From the human T2T-CHM13v2.0 reference genome, Homo sapiens: a stretch of 64,000 nucleotides of DNA. Shown here piece by piece: positions 19,903 through 33,039 of the stretch; position 1 is the stretch's first letter; every line of letters begins with the position of its first letter. Location: NCBI RefSeq assembly GCF_009914755.1, contig NC_060926.1. One strand, given 5' to 3'. Made by a program: the position numbers and the translations under genes. The notes beneath the pieces were generated by a model. The model saw only the letters and a program-made list of their open reading frames with translations, was not told the DNA's origin and did no database searches.

Positions 19903-20735
19903 TAGTACTATGCCCTTTTGTATAAGGGACTTAAGCATCTGCGGATTTTGGCATCCACAGGGGTCCTGGAACCATCTCCCTATGTGTACCAGTCCCCCAA
20001 GAATACAACTGTAACTGGTTGGTTGGGTGGCTCAGAGTTTCTATTGCCATATTGATTTTTTATGTACTTGTTTTATTAATTACTAAAAGATTAATTCTGA
20101 TATGTGCAAATATAATTATAGAATTACATATTTCTGCTCATAATTCTATCAGTTTTGTGTGCTACATTTTGAAATTATTTTGTTAGTTTTCTTTTACTTT
20201 TAGGATTGTCAGGTCCTTGTGGAAAATTGATTTATTATTGTGCAATGAATCTCTCTAGTCCTAGTAATATTTCTTGTTATGAAGTCTATATTTCCTCATA
20301 TAAATGTAAATATTCTACCTTTCTTTTTATTATATTGGAGTGGTATTTTTATCCTTTAACTTATTTATATCTTTATATTTAAATGAGTTCTTGTAGATAG
20401 CAGATAGTTGGATCTTTCTTTTTTATCCGACTTGAAAATATCTCTTTTTATTGATATGTTAAGATTGCATGCATTAATGTAGTTATTGATGCAGTTAAAA
20501 AAATCTATCAATTTGCTGGATGTTTTTCTATTAGTGCCATCTGTTTTGTTTGGTTTCTGCCTTTCAGTGGACTAATGAAGTATATTTTATTCCTTATTTT
20601 TCTCCATTATTGGATTAATTTTTTTTCACTTTTTAAAACTGTATTTGGTAGTTACCCTAGACTTTACAGTATGCCTATTTAATTGTTCACGATCTTTCTT
20701 AGAATATGAGTATGCCACTTTATATGCATTGTAAG

Positions 20736-21404
20736 TGCATTTCTTGGCTTTCTCTGGCAATGTAACAAATTACCACAAGCTTAGCAATTTATAACAACAT
20801 CTGTTTATTATCTGATAGTCCCCTAGATCAGAAGACTAACCTCAGCACAACTGGGTTCTATGCTTAGAGTCTCATAGGCTAAAATCAAGATGCCTGCCTG
20901 CATTATGAGCTCATCTCAGTCTCAAGGTTATCTTCCAAGCTCATTAGGCTGTTGGTATAATTCAGTTTCTTGCATTTTAGTGGAACAAAGTTTCTAAATT
21001 TCTTGTAAGCTATCAACTGACAGCCATTCTCTGTACCTAGAGGCTAGCCACTGTTTCCTGTTATGTAGTCCTATCCACCATATGGAAATTTGTTCTTTCA
21101 AGGCCAGCAGGAAAATGTGTCTTGATCATAATCTCTTAAACTACATTTAAGAACTCACCTGATTATGTCAGACACAGTGACTAAGATTTCCCATTTGAGT
21201 AACTCAAAAGTAACTGATTAGGAAACTTAAATTTATTTGCAAAATCCCTTTTGCTCTCTAAGGTAACATAATCATAATAGTGAAATCCCATCATATTTAT
21301 GAAATCCCATCATATTTACCACTCTCTCTTAAACTCAGAGGATGAGCACTACTCAGGATTTGTACACCAGACGGGGACAGGAATCTTGGAGCCACGTTCC
21401 TACA
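20736..21404 (-). mobile_element. MLT1 (MLT1E-like) MaLR solo LTR
   Basis: gtaacaaattaccacaagcttagc...aggctaaaatcaagatg...ggggacaggaatcttgg; contains a 19-bp tandem duplication at 21281-21318. Confidence 0.8.
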
Positions 21405-21429
21405 GGGGAACTTCCACATTCATTACATG

Positions 21430-21484
21430 TTATACAATCACATTTTTCTCATTCATTAAACATTATACAATCACATTTTCTCAT
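21430..21484. repeat. Short tandem duplication (period 33)
   Basis: ttatacaatcacattt(t)tctcat twice. Confidence 0.9.
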
Positions 21485-21722
21485 CACTTTTGCTATTTTT
21501 TCATGGGTTAGACTTTTTTCTCTACTGGGAAAGCTTCACACAGAGAGTAAATAAACATTTTTGTTTATATTTATCCCAATTCAGAACATTCCTGCATGAT
21601 AATAAACTCTGAAGCTAATTATCCTCTACTACACTTCTCAGTAACAATGATATTAAGTCATTCCCCAAGATGATCTGTGGAGAACTCATACATCATCTTG
21701 AGAGTGATTTGGACAAAAATCT

Positions 21723-22161
21723 AGTATCGCTTTTCTGGAGCGACCTTATCTAATTGCAAAAATGTATGTAGCTTAAATAACAGAAATTTATTGTCACATA
21801 GTTCTCGAGTCTGGGAGTCCAAAATCAAGATGTCCGCAGTGTTGGTTCTCTCGGGTCTGTGGGCAACAATCTATTCCATGCCCCTCTTTTACCGTCTGGT
21901 GGCCTCCGGTGTTCCTTGTTTTGTAGATATCATTCTCCCTGTGCAGTCACATCATCCTCCTTCTCTATGTGTCTCTGTGTCCAAATTTGCCCTTTTAATA
22001 AGGACACCTGTTATATTTGCTTGGAACTCACTCTGCTAATAGAATTTTAACTGAATTACCTCTTTAAAAACCTTATCTCCAAATACAATCACATTCTAAG
22101 GTACCAGGAGTTAGGACTCTAACATGTCTTTTTTTGGAGGGACACAATTTAAACCATAGCA
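21723..22161 (-). mobile_element. MLT1 (B/C-like) MaLR solo LTR
   Basis: aacagaaatttattgtcacatagttctcgagtctgggagtccaaaatcaagatg...ggagggacacaatttaaaccatagca. Confidence 0.85.
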
Positions 22162-23102
22162 TACCTCTTCTTGGTATTGTGAGAGCATTTTTTACTTCTG
22201 TAAAAATAAATAAAGTGAGGGAACATGTAGTTAAACTTGAAGTGCAAAAATGGTACTATAACATACAATTCAATTTATAAAATATGTATTAAAATAATGT
22301 CCAAGTTTTTGCTTTGATGCTATGGTGCACATCCTCCATAGCTGCACAGAAAAACAAAAAGTCTTCAAATTGTTTAGCAACTTTAAATTAACTTTAATGA
22401 CAATATACTAAGGAGAAAAATAAAATTCTCATTGGCACATTAAATATTTCATTACAACACTTACTATAAGACCAGTTTTAACACATACATCCATATACTA
22501 AAGCATATTTGACTCATAAATATAATACGATTAAAATTCTAGAACTCTTCATTTTCCCAAATAACCTGTTTATTTATATAAAAAAGCACTGCTTTATCAA
22601 ACAGACTGTGTAAGTACTGATTCACCAAAACATGAGTGGATTCACAGCAATATTCCTTCTTCCTGGGAAATTATAATTCCTTGCCTAATAAGTTTTGATC
22701 CATTATTAGGAAGAAAAAAAAACTTTTATTCATATGGTTGCAGTTTAAAGCTTTGGAAAAATTCAATCTAATGTATTTCCAGCAATGAGTCCTATTCTTG
22801 GAGTGCTTTTTGGGTCTCAGGCTCATAATCTTCCATATCTTGTTGTTACTTTACCCTGTGGGACAATGTTCCTTTCAAAGCATATGTAACTAGATTTCTT
22901 ATCTAATAGAGTAAATAGGACATGAAAAGTCATTCAAAGGCAAAGGTATGACTTACTTTTCATCATTTTACCACCAGAAATTAATAGTTTCTTTTCATTC
23001 TGACTAGATGGCATCATTTGGATACAACTTTGAGCTTAAGCTGGAGTTTACAGCCTAGCTGATTTATGTTCAGAAAGTATGGAAGATAGTTCCTAAAGAG
23101 AT

Positions 23103-23290
23103 GGAAGGAAGGAAGGACGGGAGGAAGGGAGGGAAGAAGGGAGAGAAAGAGGAAGAATGGAAGAGAGGGAGGGAGGAAGAATGGAAGGTAGGGGAGAGAG
23201 AAGGACAGGGATGGAGGAGGAATGAAGGAGGGAGAGAAAAAGGAATGAAGGAAGCCGGGAGGGAGAGGGAGGGAGGAGAGAAAGGGAGAA
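23103..23290. repeat. GA-rich (GGAA/GGGA) low-complexity tract
   Basis: Read directly. Confidence 0.93.
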
Positions 23291-23997
23291 AAATGTTCAT
23301 CCCAGCCTTCCCGGAAACAACCATGAGAGTGCCCATTCTTCCCTGAAGTTGCCTCTTTAGTCTCATTTTCTCAGTAAAATAGTTATTATTCATACAAAAT
23401 TATTCAAATAAAAATCTGCTTTTGTCCATTACCGAAAAAGTTACAGAGATGTACATTCTTGACAAGTGACTAAATCATTTTAGCAGTTGTTTACCTCCAG
23501 TTGGGTTGTAGATTTGATTCTCTAACCCATGTGAAAGAACATGCTTCAGAAGCTGTGTCTATCCTACTTGATGCCATTTGTTATGTATATTTTTCCAGCC
23601 CATTCAAGAAATGTTAATGAGCTGGCCAGGACCATAGACGATTTTAAATAATTGTTTCAGAAACACACATGCACAGCTCACAAATGGTGGACTAAACTTT
23701 AGAGTTATCACTGGATGTCATATAATCCTGCAGAAAACTTGCTCACTTAATTTTTTCTGCATGGCAAGATTGGGATAATTTTTAACAACTTCCCTAATAT
23801 ATGTTTTACCAGAACCACCTAAAGTATTTCTAAAATGTTAGGGTAATATAAGGGAACATTTTTGCTTCCAAAATCCTACAGAGTTCAGAATATCAGCTGA
23901 TATCAAAATGGCAGTCTGTGTAATTTCTTAGACATCTCTCAAAAGACTAAAAAATTGACAGATTTTTAAAAAGTGTAAGCCATTTTGTCTTAAAGTA

Positions 23998-25030
23998 TGT
24001 GTTCCAGTGCTAATTATAAGCCCAATTTACTTGGACCCACCTAGCTCCTAGGACTTTGGCCACTTGCCCAATAGAGAGCCATGGCTGCCACCACTATAGC
24101 CTTGCTGCTTTACACCACTGGTTCTCAAGGCCTCCTTCTAGAGAGAATGGAGCTCTGATACAGCATTCATGCTACAGGGGACACATTGGCTCAAGAGCTT
24201 ATGCTCATGACATTTGGATAGGAGGATCTGGCTTCTTCCATCACTCACAGACTCAAATGAAACTTTTCACTGAGTTATAAAGTCTAGATTTTCCAGGAGC
24301 TGCATGAGGGAAATCAATAACTCAACTTGAAAGCACAGTGGCACTAATATGCCATGAGGCAAAATTTGACCAATGAGAGACAAGAAATGAAAGGAGGCTA
24401 GCAGATAAATTTATTTCCCTTATGTTGCCAGACAAACTGATCCAATGATTGAAAGACAGTGCATGACGTTTTTAAAGATGTTTCACCTGCTCCAGCAAAC
24501 TGCCAGGTTTTCTTGAGAGGCCATGGCTAACTCAATAATGAATCATATTATGTTTGCTTTGCCTATTGCCTTGCATCACTTCCCTTTCCCTCTCACTTAT
24601 ATTCCCATGGTGTATTAGTCTATTTCACGCTGCTAATTAAGACATACCCAAGACTGGGTAATTTATAAAAGGAAGAGGTTTAATGGACTCACAGTTCCAC
24701 ATGGCTGGGGAGGCCTCACAACCATGGCAGAAGGCAAATGAGGAGCAAAGTCATGCTTTACATGGTGGCAGGCAAGAGAGCATGTGCAGGGAAGCTCCCC
24801 TTTATAAAACCATCAGAACTCATGAGACTTATTGACTATCACGAGAATGGCACAGAAAAATCCTGCCCCATGATTCAGATACCTCCCACCCAGGCTGTCT
24901 CACAACACGTGGGGATTATTACAATTAGAGGTGAGATCTGGGTGGCGAAACAGAGCCAAACCATCTCACATGGGATTATAGCTCCCAAGAATATATGTTT
25001 ATATGCTTGTAGCATATAAGCTTTGCAGCA
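23998..25030 (+). mobile_element. LTR16-like ERVL LTR, interrupted by THE1
   Basis: ggcaaaatttgaccaatgagagac...gataaatt...cacttccctttccctctcactt...[THE1]...gggattatagctccc...cataTaagctttgc; boundaries approximate. Confidence 0.6.
24611..24968 (-). mobile_element. THE1 (C/D-like) MaLR solo LTR
   Basis: tgtattagtc...gacatacccaagactgggtaatttata...aaaccatctca; 5-bp TSD CATGG at 24606 and 24969. Confidence 0.95.
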
Positions 25031-25534
25031 CAGGTACTAGAGGTATTATTATATTTCCTAAATAAGGAAACAGCAGTAGAAAAAAATGAAATTGAAGGTA
25101 GAAACAGAAGTAGAAAAGGTTGAAATTGAAGGTAGTAGAACAAGGTGTAGAGTGTAACTCTCCAGGCTTCAACTTTGATGAACTTTTCTTTACATTATGC
25201 ACCCTCTAAATATAGATGAACAAAGAGAAGATTCAAGAAAACAAAATCAACTTCTGAGCCTTAACAATTCCATTTATTATGTAACTATAATCAAATTTAC
25301 TGGAGAGCTATACAAGCTTCATCCCACTTCACAGGTCGGTGCTGTCTTTTCCTGTCCCATCAACTGAGAGGCCCATAAAAAGTCCATGAACATCCTCCTC
25401 TCTTACGGGCAGTATAAGGCACTATTCTTATCTGACATAATAAAAAGTAAGACAGAAATCAGTGGGATACAGTACTTCTGAGGAAAAACATGACTTCTGC
25501 TTTTTTAAATCCTGATTATAATAATTCATGTCAG

Positions 25535-25918
<384 letters not shown>

Positions 25919-27225
25919 TTAACTGGAGCCTTATGTCAGCAAGACTCCAGAATTAATTAGCTGAATAGGACTAATATACATTTTCTGACAGAATATCCTA
26001 TAATTCATTATGCATTTTTTCTAGCTCTTTGATTTCATATACAATTCTAATTAATATTTACTCTAAATTCACTGTAATATATACTGTTATGTTTTTCCTG
26101 CTCAGATTCCCCATGCTTGATTCTGATTTAAACGTGTTATTGTGTTTTAGTACTCAACCCTATTGCAATGTTTAAAGAGTATTCCTGAGATACATCACCA
26201 TGATTTTATTTTAGATACATTCAACATTAAGGAAGAAGAAATGTCTTCTAGAGTTCACTGCTATGTCTGCTAATTCACAGCCATTTATATTACTGCCTGT
26301 TGGTTATTTATTGGCTGTGCATAACAGTTTGAATTTTTTTTCAATCAGATACAGCCTGAACAAATGGTCAATATAAACTGAGCCCCTATTATGTGACCAG
26401 CATAGCATTTGGTGTGAGTCACAAAAAACCTTATGAAGAACATAAAACTTCAATACTCAAAACAAACACATGTGAAGCCATAGCAAAAATAAATACATGT
26501 ATTCAAATGCTAGATGTTGTGGTAACAGACTTATTTTCTCATCTTAATATTGAATATTAATAATTATTTTCTCTGTTATTGCTTGATAACCCCATTGAGA
26601 CTGAACTCATCTATAGAGTCAAGCTAACCTTGAAGTACACTGTCTGCTTTTTGTGAAATAAGCTTTCATTTTCTGAAATTATTAGTTTTTAAACTATGTA
26701 CTAAACAATTGGTATAAATAGTTCTGCAAAATCTTTATCTAATACAGTGTTCTTTATAACCTTGTGATCTCAATTGTTGATAGGTAATTCATATTTTTAT
26801 AAAAATTCTGGAAATATCCTGGGAACAAAAGTGTGCTGATATGAATATGAATTTCTCATGAAAACAATGTTTTAATATTTTCTTAAATATATAAAATACA
26901 TCAAAATAATAGTATGATGATGATAATGATGATAATCTCAAGAACATTTTATTTTGTATTTTGTACTTTTTTCTTTTTACTTTGGACATTATCCAAAGCC
27001 AGGTCATCTTTGTGGCCTTTACTTAGAGACTTTTTGTTTGGTTGCCTTGTCAGTTTTGGTTATCAATTGGTTGTGATAATGTATAATAGCACTTCTTCCA
27101 AAAGTTTCCAGGTCAGTGTTCAATGTCAATGTATGTTACTGATTTAACAACATATATAATCCTGTTACAGTCAATTAAAAAGTACTCTCCAAGAATATTT
27201 TTGGGTCTTTACCGCAAATACAAAC

Positions 27226-28141
27226 TGTGATGATTAATTTTATGGGTCAACTTGACTGAACCACAGGCTGTCCAGATATTTGGTCAAACATTATTCTGGG
27301 TATTTCCATGAAGTCGTTTTTGAATGTGGTTAACATTTAAATTGATAGATTGAGTAAAGCAGATTGTCCTCCCTAGGGTGCGTGGGCCCCATCCAATCAG
27401 ATCAAGGCCTAAGGAGAGCAAAAAAGCTGATTCTCCACCATGCAAGAGAGAATTCCTCCTGCCTGTTGCCTTTGTACTGGTTCTTCAGCTTTTTTCTACC
27501 TTTTGAATTGAACTGAAACATCAGCTGTCCTTGGAGGTTGAGTCAACCAGCTTTTGAACTGGAACTACATCATTGGCTGTTTTCATTTTTAAGATTTGAA
27601 CTCAGACTGGAACTATACCATCATCTCTCTTGGATTTCAAGCTTACAAATTCACCCTGCAGCTCTTGGAACTTGCCAGCTTCCCTAATTGCATAAGCAAT
27701 TATATATATATTTCTCTCTATATATAAATATGTAAATATACAGAGAAATATAGAGAGAACTACATATTTCTCCCTATGTAAAAATATAGAGAAATATGAA
27801 TATATAAATATATATTACTATATATACTTATATTTCTATATTTATATTTCTATTATAGAAATATATAAATATATTTATATTTTAACATTTAATAAAATAT
27901 AAATAAATATATTTGGATATTTCTACATTCATATTTCTACTATAGAAGTATAGACATAAATATATTTCTCTATAATAAATATAGAATATTTTTGTATTTG
28001 TTTTAAAATTAAGACATATAATATAAAAATATATAGAGAGAAATATATCTATGAGAGAAAGGGGAAGATTTATTAGGAATTAATGTACAGGAATATACAT
28101 AATATAAATAAATGTTTTTCTGGAGAACCCTGATTAATGCA
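27226..28141 (+). mobile_element. MLT2 (C2/D-like) ERVL solo LTR with an expanded AT-rich interior (27700-28110)
   Basis: Starts tgtgatgattaattttatgggtcaacttgac...cagatatttggtcaaacattattctgg; ends ttttctggagaaccctgattaatgca. Confidence 0.9.
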
Positions 28142-28969
28142 CTATCCCTTGGCTCCACTCTGAATAGACATCACGGTAAGTTTATTTCTAAAACACATTC
28201 TAGCTAGGTTTCATCAAATATTGTAAGACAATTTTTTTCTCAATTGTCATTTAAAGCATATAAATCTATGTTTAACTGACAATATATAATTAGTTTATAA
28301 TTGGTACTGGAAAGCTAATTTCAAGTCAGATTCTTTGCATGAATAAAGTATAAAATTATTCAAAATGTTTTGCTTCCTCATACTTTACCTAGCGGTATGA
28401 CAGACAGATGTTTCAAATGTGCTTAGAATTGTTAAAAAAGTTATTTTTATCTCAGTCTTTATGTTATACAAGTATACTTAATTTAAAAACATATTTTTAC
28501 AATTAAAATATTTATTTTTAAAATTTTTATTAAGTATAAAAAAAATTGTGTATTCCCCAAATCAGAATGTATAGCTATGTGCAATATGATCACAGTATGA
28601 CTTTCATCAGCAATCACATCTCTCAGCCTCTAAATGTCAAATTATAATTGGCATTTAAGAAAATTGCTTCAGGATACATATCACATATCTTTTTAAATAC
28701 CAGTTGGTATTTTCAGCTATTATTTCATTACTACTAAATTGAGTACTAGTGTCCAATTAGACATTAATTACAAGTCTAAATATGGCTAATGTTCTAACCA
28801 GGATGTCACTAGGCATTTTAATTTTACTAAATTAAATGCAACGAAATTCAACTTTGCAGATTTCACAATTCAAACACTCTTTTAATTATAAAGGTTTATT
28901 TGAATGGGATAGAACAAATGCTCTCTAACCTTAAAACTCTGGTGAAATTAAACATGATATTAAGTGGAA

Positions 28970-29340
28970 TATCACAGGAGTTTAAATAGGAAAAGATTGC
29001 TAGAGATCCTGAAAGAAACCTCCCACAAAACCCCATAAAACCTTATCATAGTCGACCCAGCCCCTGCTTCAATGACTCCCCCAATAAAGGGTTCTAACTA
29101 TTGCAAATGTGTTCCTCTTACTGAACAAAATATTCTCACTGTAATTTCAACCTTTAATTTTATTCCTGCCATTTGGAGCACAATAGAATAAATTTATTAT
29201 TCCTTTCAAATATTTGATGACAGCTAGTCTATTATTCCCCTGCCTTACTTTCTCTAGGGTAGCTGGATATATTGCAGTACACCTTCATCATTTTCGTTGC
29301 TCTCTCTTGAGCAATCAACATTCTTCTTAAAATAGGGACC
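28970..29340 (-). mobile_element. Possible L3/CR1 fragment
   Basis: ctgtaatttcaacc...ctgccatttggagcacaatagaataa...cctttcaaatatttgatgacagcta resembles antisense L3; very diverged. Confidence 0.45.
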
Positions 29341-31024
29341 TCTACTATAGGAATGACATATCTCCAAAGCCCTCTCAATTCACAATCTTCTTATAAATGT
29401 AATAAACTACATCCTCTGAAAAACAGTCAGAAACTCTATAAAGGTAGAAGGTGGCTTTGGGTATTTCTGTTATACCAAAATAGCTTTTAATTTTTTTAAA
29501 AAAAATTGACTGTTTCAGGGACTTCTAACTTGTAGATAACAAATAAGATGCTGTAAAACAATCTTTGTCTTAAAATTTCAGTATATATATTAAAACAATT
29601 AAATGAGCATTTAACTAAGAACAAATAGGAAATTGGCAAACATAGGACAGTAATTTACTGTTGTCCTCTTTAATCCAGAGGTAAACCGTCCAGGAAATGG
29701 ACAGTTTATCATGTCTTACTTAGTCTCATTACCTTCTTTTATTTAAACATATCTTTATGTTAACAAACAATTTCACATAAAGATATATTTTTGTTTTTTT
29801 AATTTCTGATGCTTGAGTTCTGTTAATGGTTCTTCTCATATCCAATATATACTCCCTATATATATACTATATGTACTGTAATATATACTATTACAGTTTT
29901 TTCAAGTAGGCTACATAAATGGCATAATTGCTGAGATGCTTTTTAAGTGAAAAAGTCTTTCAGTTACTTTCTAATCTTAAACACAGTTTTGCTAAATGTA
30001 ATATCCTCTGGTCATAGGCAATCAGATTACAGAAAATATTAATATACTCACGAATATACTCATTAGTTCAAAACAAAGGAAACAAGTCACTAAAACAAAG
30101 TCTCCTGCTATGAAAGGAACTTACAGGGAGAAGTACAACATTCAAGACATCTCTGTATTCTAAAGGATGTTTCTTAATCAAGTCTAAACATTATTATAAC
30201 TACAAAATGTGATGAATTGAAATCAGGAAAGGTTTATTTGATTAAAAAACATAAATATAATATTCAAAATTAAATTTAAGGTAATGAATATCTAGATTAT
30301 TTTCTGTAGAAAAAACTCAGAAAATAAAAATGAATATGAAGTATAAAATAGAAATGGAGTAAAGAACCAAGAAATTCAACCTACAGATATATTTGAGAAG
30401 AAGGGAAAGAACAGATAAGGAAACAATATCTAAAAGTAATATTTTGTTAACCTTTTTTTTTATCTGAATAAAAGGGTCACTTCTATAAGCCAAGTAGTAA
30501 GGGAGGCTCATAAGAAATATTTCTTACTGAAATATTCTAATTTCAAGATTAGGGAAGTAAATCATACAAGTACAAAGAATAAAAAAAAAAGGAATACTGA
30601 GAAAAAGATCCACAACTGACATGACAAGGCAAAACAATCAGATTGTACCACTGCTGTAAGATTTTGAGGGAAACAAATAAAAACTGGGAACTAAAATGTC
30701 TCCATCCAATTATGTCGTTACTCACTTGCAAAAAAAAAAAAAAAAACAACGAGACAGCATATTATTTTATATCTTCTCTTCCAAATTACTCAACAGTGAT
30801 ATTTCCCAGGGCTTACTACTCAAACCCCTATTCTTTGACATGCTTATGAAATCTAAGAGCTCTGTTTCTACTGGGAATCTTTCTTTCCATTTTCCCGCCT
30901 TTCATAAAACTCATTGAAGCATTCATCACAACATACTGATTATATCCTATTCTGCTCTAATTAGTTGAACTCTAATCTGAGGAAAATGCCCTTTTCCTAA
31001 ATCTAGAAATTATCACATGGTGTA

Positions 31025-31436
31025 TATTATGGCTTGGATGTCTCCATAAAAACTCACATTAAAATTTAATCCACAACGTGGCAGAATTGAGAGATAGGGT
31101 CTTTAAGAAGTGACTGGCACAACAGCTCTGCTCTCATGGATGAATGAATTCATTCATAAATTAATGAGTTGTTATGGGAGTGGAACTGCTGGCATTAAAT
31201 GAAGAGAAAGAGAGATCTGAGCTAGCACATTAGCATGCTCAGCCTCCTTGCCATGTGATGGCCTGTGTCACCTCAGGACCCTACGGAGCCCCCACGAGCA
31301 AGAAGGCTCTCACTAGATGCAACCCCTTGACCCTGGACTTCTCAGCCTCCAAAGTGTAATAAATAGATTCTTTTTCTTGATAAAGTACCCAGTTACAGGC
31401 TTTCTGTTATAAGCAACAACAACAAAAACTAAGATA
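31025..31436 (+). mobile_element. MST (C/D-like) MaLR solo LTR
   Basis: tattatggcttggatgt...gcaagaaggctctcactagatgc...tctgttataagcaac...actaagata; 5-bp TSD GTGTA at 31020 and 31437. Confidence 0.92.
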
Positions 31437-31821
31437 GTGTATTAAAAAGAAGAAAACATATTATTGCTCCCTAGATTCTTCCTTGAATGATACATGTCAA
31501 GTTCCATAGTTTCTTAAGAAACCATTCCCAAAGATGATGGCTGTTAATGGAAGGTATGCAATGCCTAGGAATGCCTTTTGTCTTTTTTGTCTTCCTCACC
31601 CCTGCAAAATCCACCACAAATAAGCACAAAATCTGTGGTTTTGTGTTTGGTTTGCTTTGTTTTACAATGTAATTTCAGCTACAAGAAAAATTCTCTATCC
31701 ACCCATATCAACCCTCAGCTGTTTCTCCAGCCTTTTCTATTTAGAAATTTTAGGGCTACCACTCGTGGCATCTAACAAATTCTATACTTTCAAGGATGGC
31801 TGATGTAGCCCAGAGCTAAAT

Positions 31822-31835
31822 GTTGCTATGGCAAT
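31822..31835. promoter_or_regulatory. Candidate RFX X-box
   Basis: GTTGCTATGGCAAT, a near-palindromic match to GTTNCCATGGCAAC in apparently non-repeat DNA; motif match only. Confidence 0.3.
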
Positions 31836-33039
31836 GAAATGATTACTATACCCACATAGCAAATAACAGGGAAATACTGATTTTTTACCAACAGTTTAAA
31901 AGTAAGCCATAAAATTAAACCACTGGACTCACTGGGGTCAGGTCAGAGCTCTCTAAGCCTTCTTGCCAGGTTAATGCCAGCTTCTTGTGAGGCATCTCTG
32001 GTTGACTGCAGTAATGGCAGCATGTGAGGGACAGAGCCCTTAGTGGGGTTGGCTAGCCCAATAGAGAGTAACTGGGAAAATATGAGTTGGGACTTACTGA
32101 TATATACATGCATTTGTGGTATGTTTGCACTTGGTAGTTCCATATCCAAAAAATATTATTTCACATAAATTTTAACAAAAGGATATTTACAATTGCTTAT
32201 TTTACTACATCTTTTAACATACACCAGATACTTCAGGACATTTAGAAATATTAGGTATATATTTTTGAAGTACTTAGAATTGTCAACTATATATGCAGTA
32301 GCGAGGAAGAATGTACACAGAGAACAATAGTTATAATCTGAAAATGCCTTTTATGCATGACATGGAGCCCTTCTCTTCTGTACCTTCTCACGGCCTCTGC
32401 TTCACCTCTGCTAACATCTCCCAGTGTCACTTGGAGAAGTGGTCTAGGAATCCCATTTCCAAAGGTCATTTCCAGAGGGATTTCTTTTCTTTTCTTTTTA
32501 ACAAAAGAACATTTACAAAATGTCTGATTTTCCAATTCTGCTTTATCATATGTCTCTAACTGTATTACATAAAAAAGACCCAGATGTGGCAAAATAAGTT
32601 TCCTTTTAAAACTTTGGGAAAAAAGTTGAGGGTAGTTCTTTTGTTTGTTTCACATTATATACACAAGCCTTTCTATAAGTGGCCAGTGAATCTTCCCAAA
32701 GGAACATGGGCACTTCCTGGCTTTCCCTCATTTTTCTATTACAAAGTCAAGGTCTAGTGGGATGAAGACCTGCATTGCCTTCAGGTCTCCATGCCTCCTG
32801 GTCCTTCAGGAATGGACGTGGTTGTCCCAGGGCTCTAGACTCAGTGGAGGACAGCCCAGGCCATGTAAGGCTGCAGAGGTATGTGTGGATTGTGCTCTGT
32901 TCTCACCTGCTCCCTCCCAAATTCCAAATTATTTTCTTTTAATTTTCCAAATAATTATTAGTTAAATGAATAAATAAAAATCACAATAACTCATTTTATA
33001 GAATTTAAAATTAATGAGAACCTTAAATATCAATACACA

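Larger units (their letters stand above)
19184..20011 (-). mobile_element. MER2-like TcMar-Tigger element split in two (19184-~19410 and ~19903-20011)
   Basis: TA-flanked ends; gggttctgcatctgtg...aagtaatttagagatgatttaa and tataagggacttaagcatctgcggattttggcatccacaggggtcctggaacca. Confidence 0.8.
18100..20735 (-). mobile_element. Ancient L1M ORF2 remnant, interrupted at 19184-20011
   Basis: T-rich antisense ORF2 motifs (agaggtttatcaattttattaattttttcaaagag; tagatagcagatagttggatc). Confidence 0.75.

Noticed and set aside
23070-23393. Glu/Gly/Arg-rich and Pro/Ser-rich ORFs
   Set aside because: Translation of the GA-rich low-complexity tract.
28173-28181. Strong donor ACG|GTAAGT just downstream of the MLT2 LTR
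   Set aside because: An isolated 9-mer is expected by chance in 64 kb; no transcript evidence is available.
29900-30560. Possible HAL1/L1ME fragments (also 6750-7550 and 59400-60600)
   Set aside because: Too diverged to assign family or boundaries by eye.
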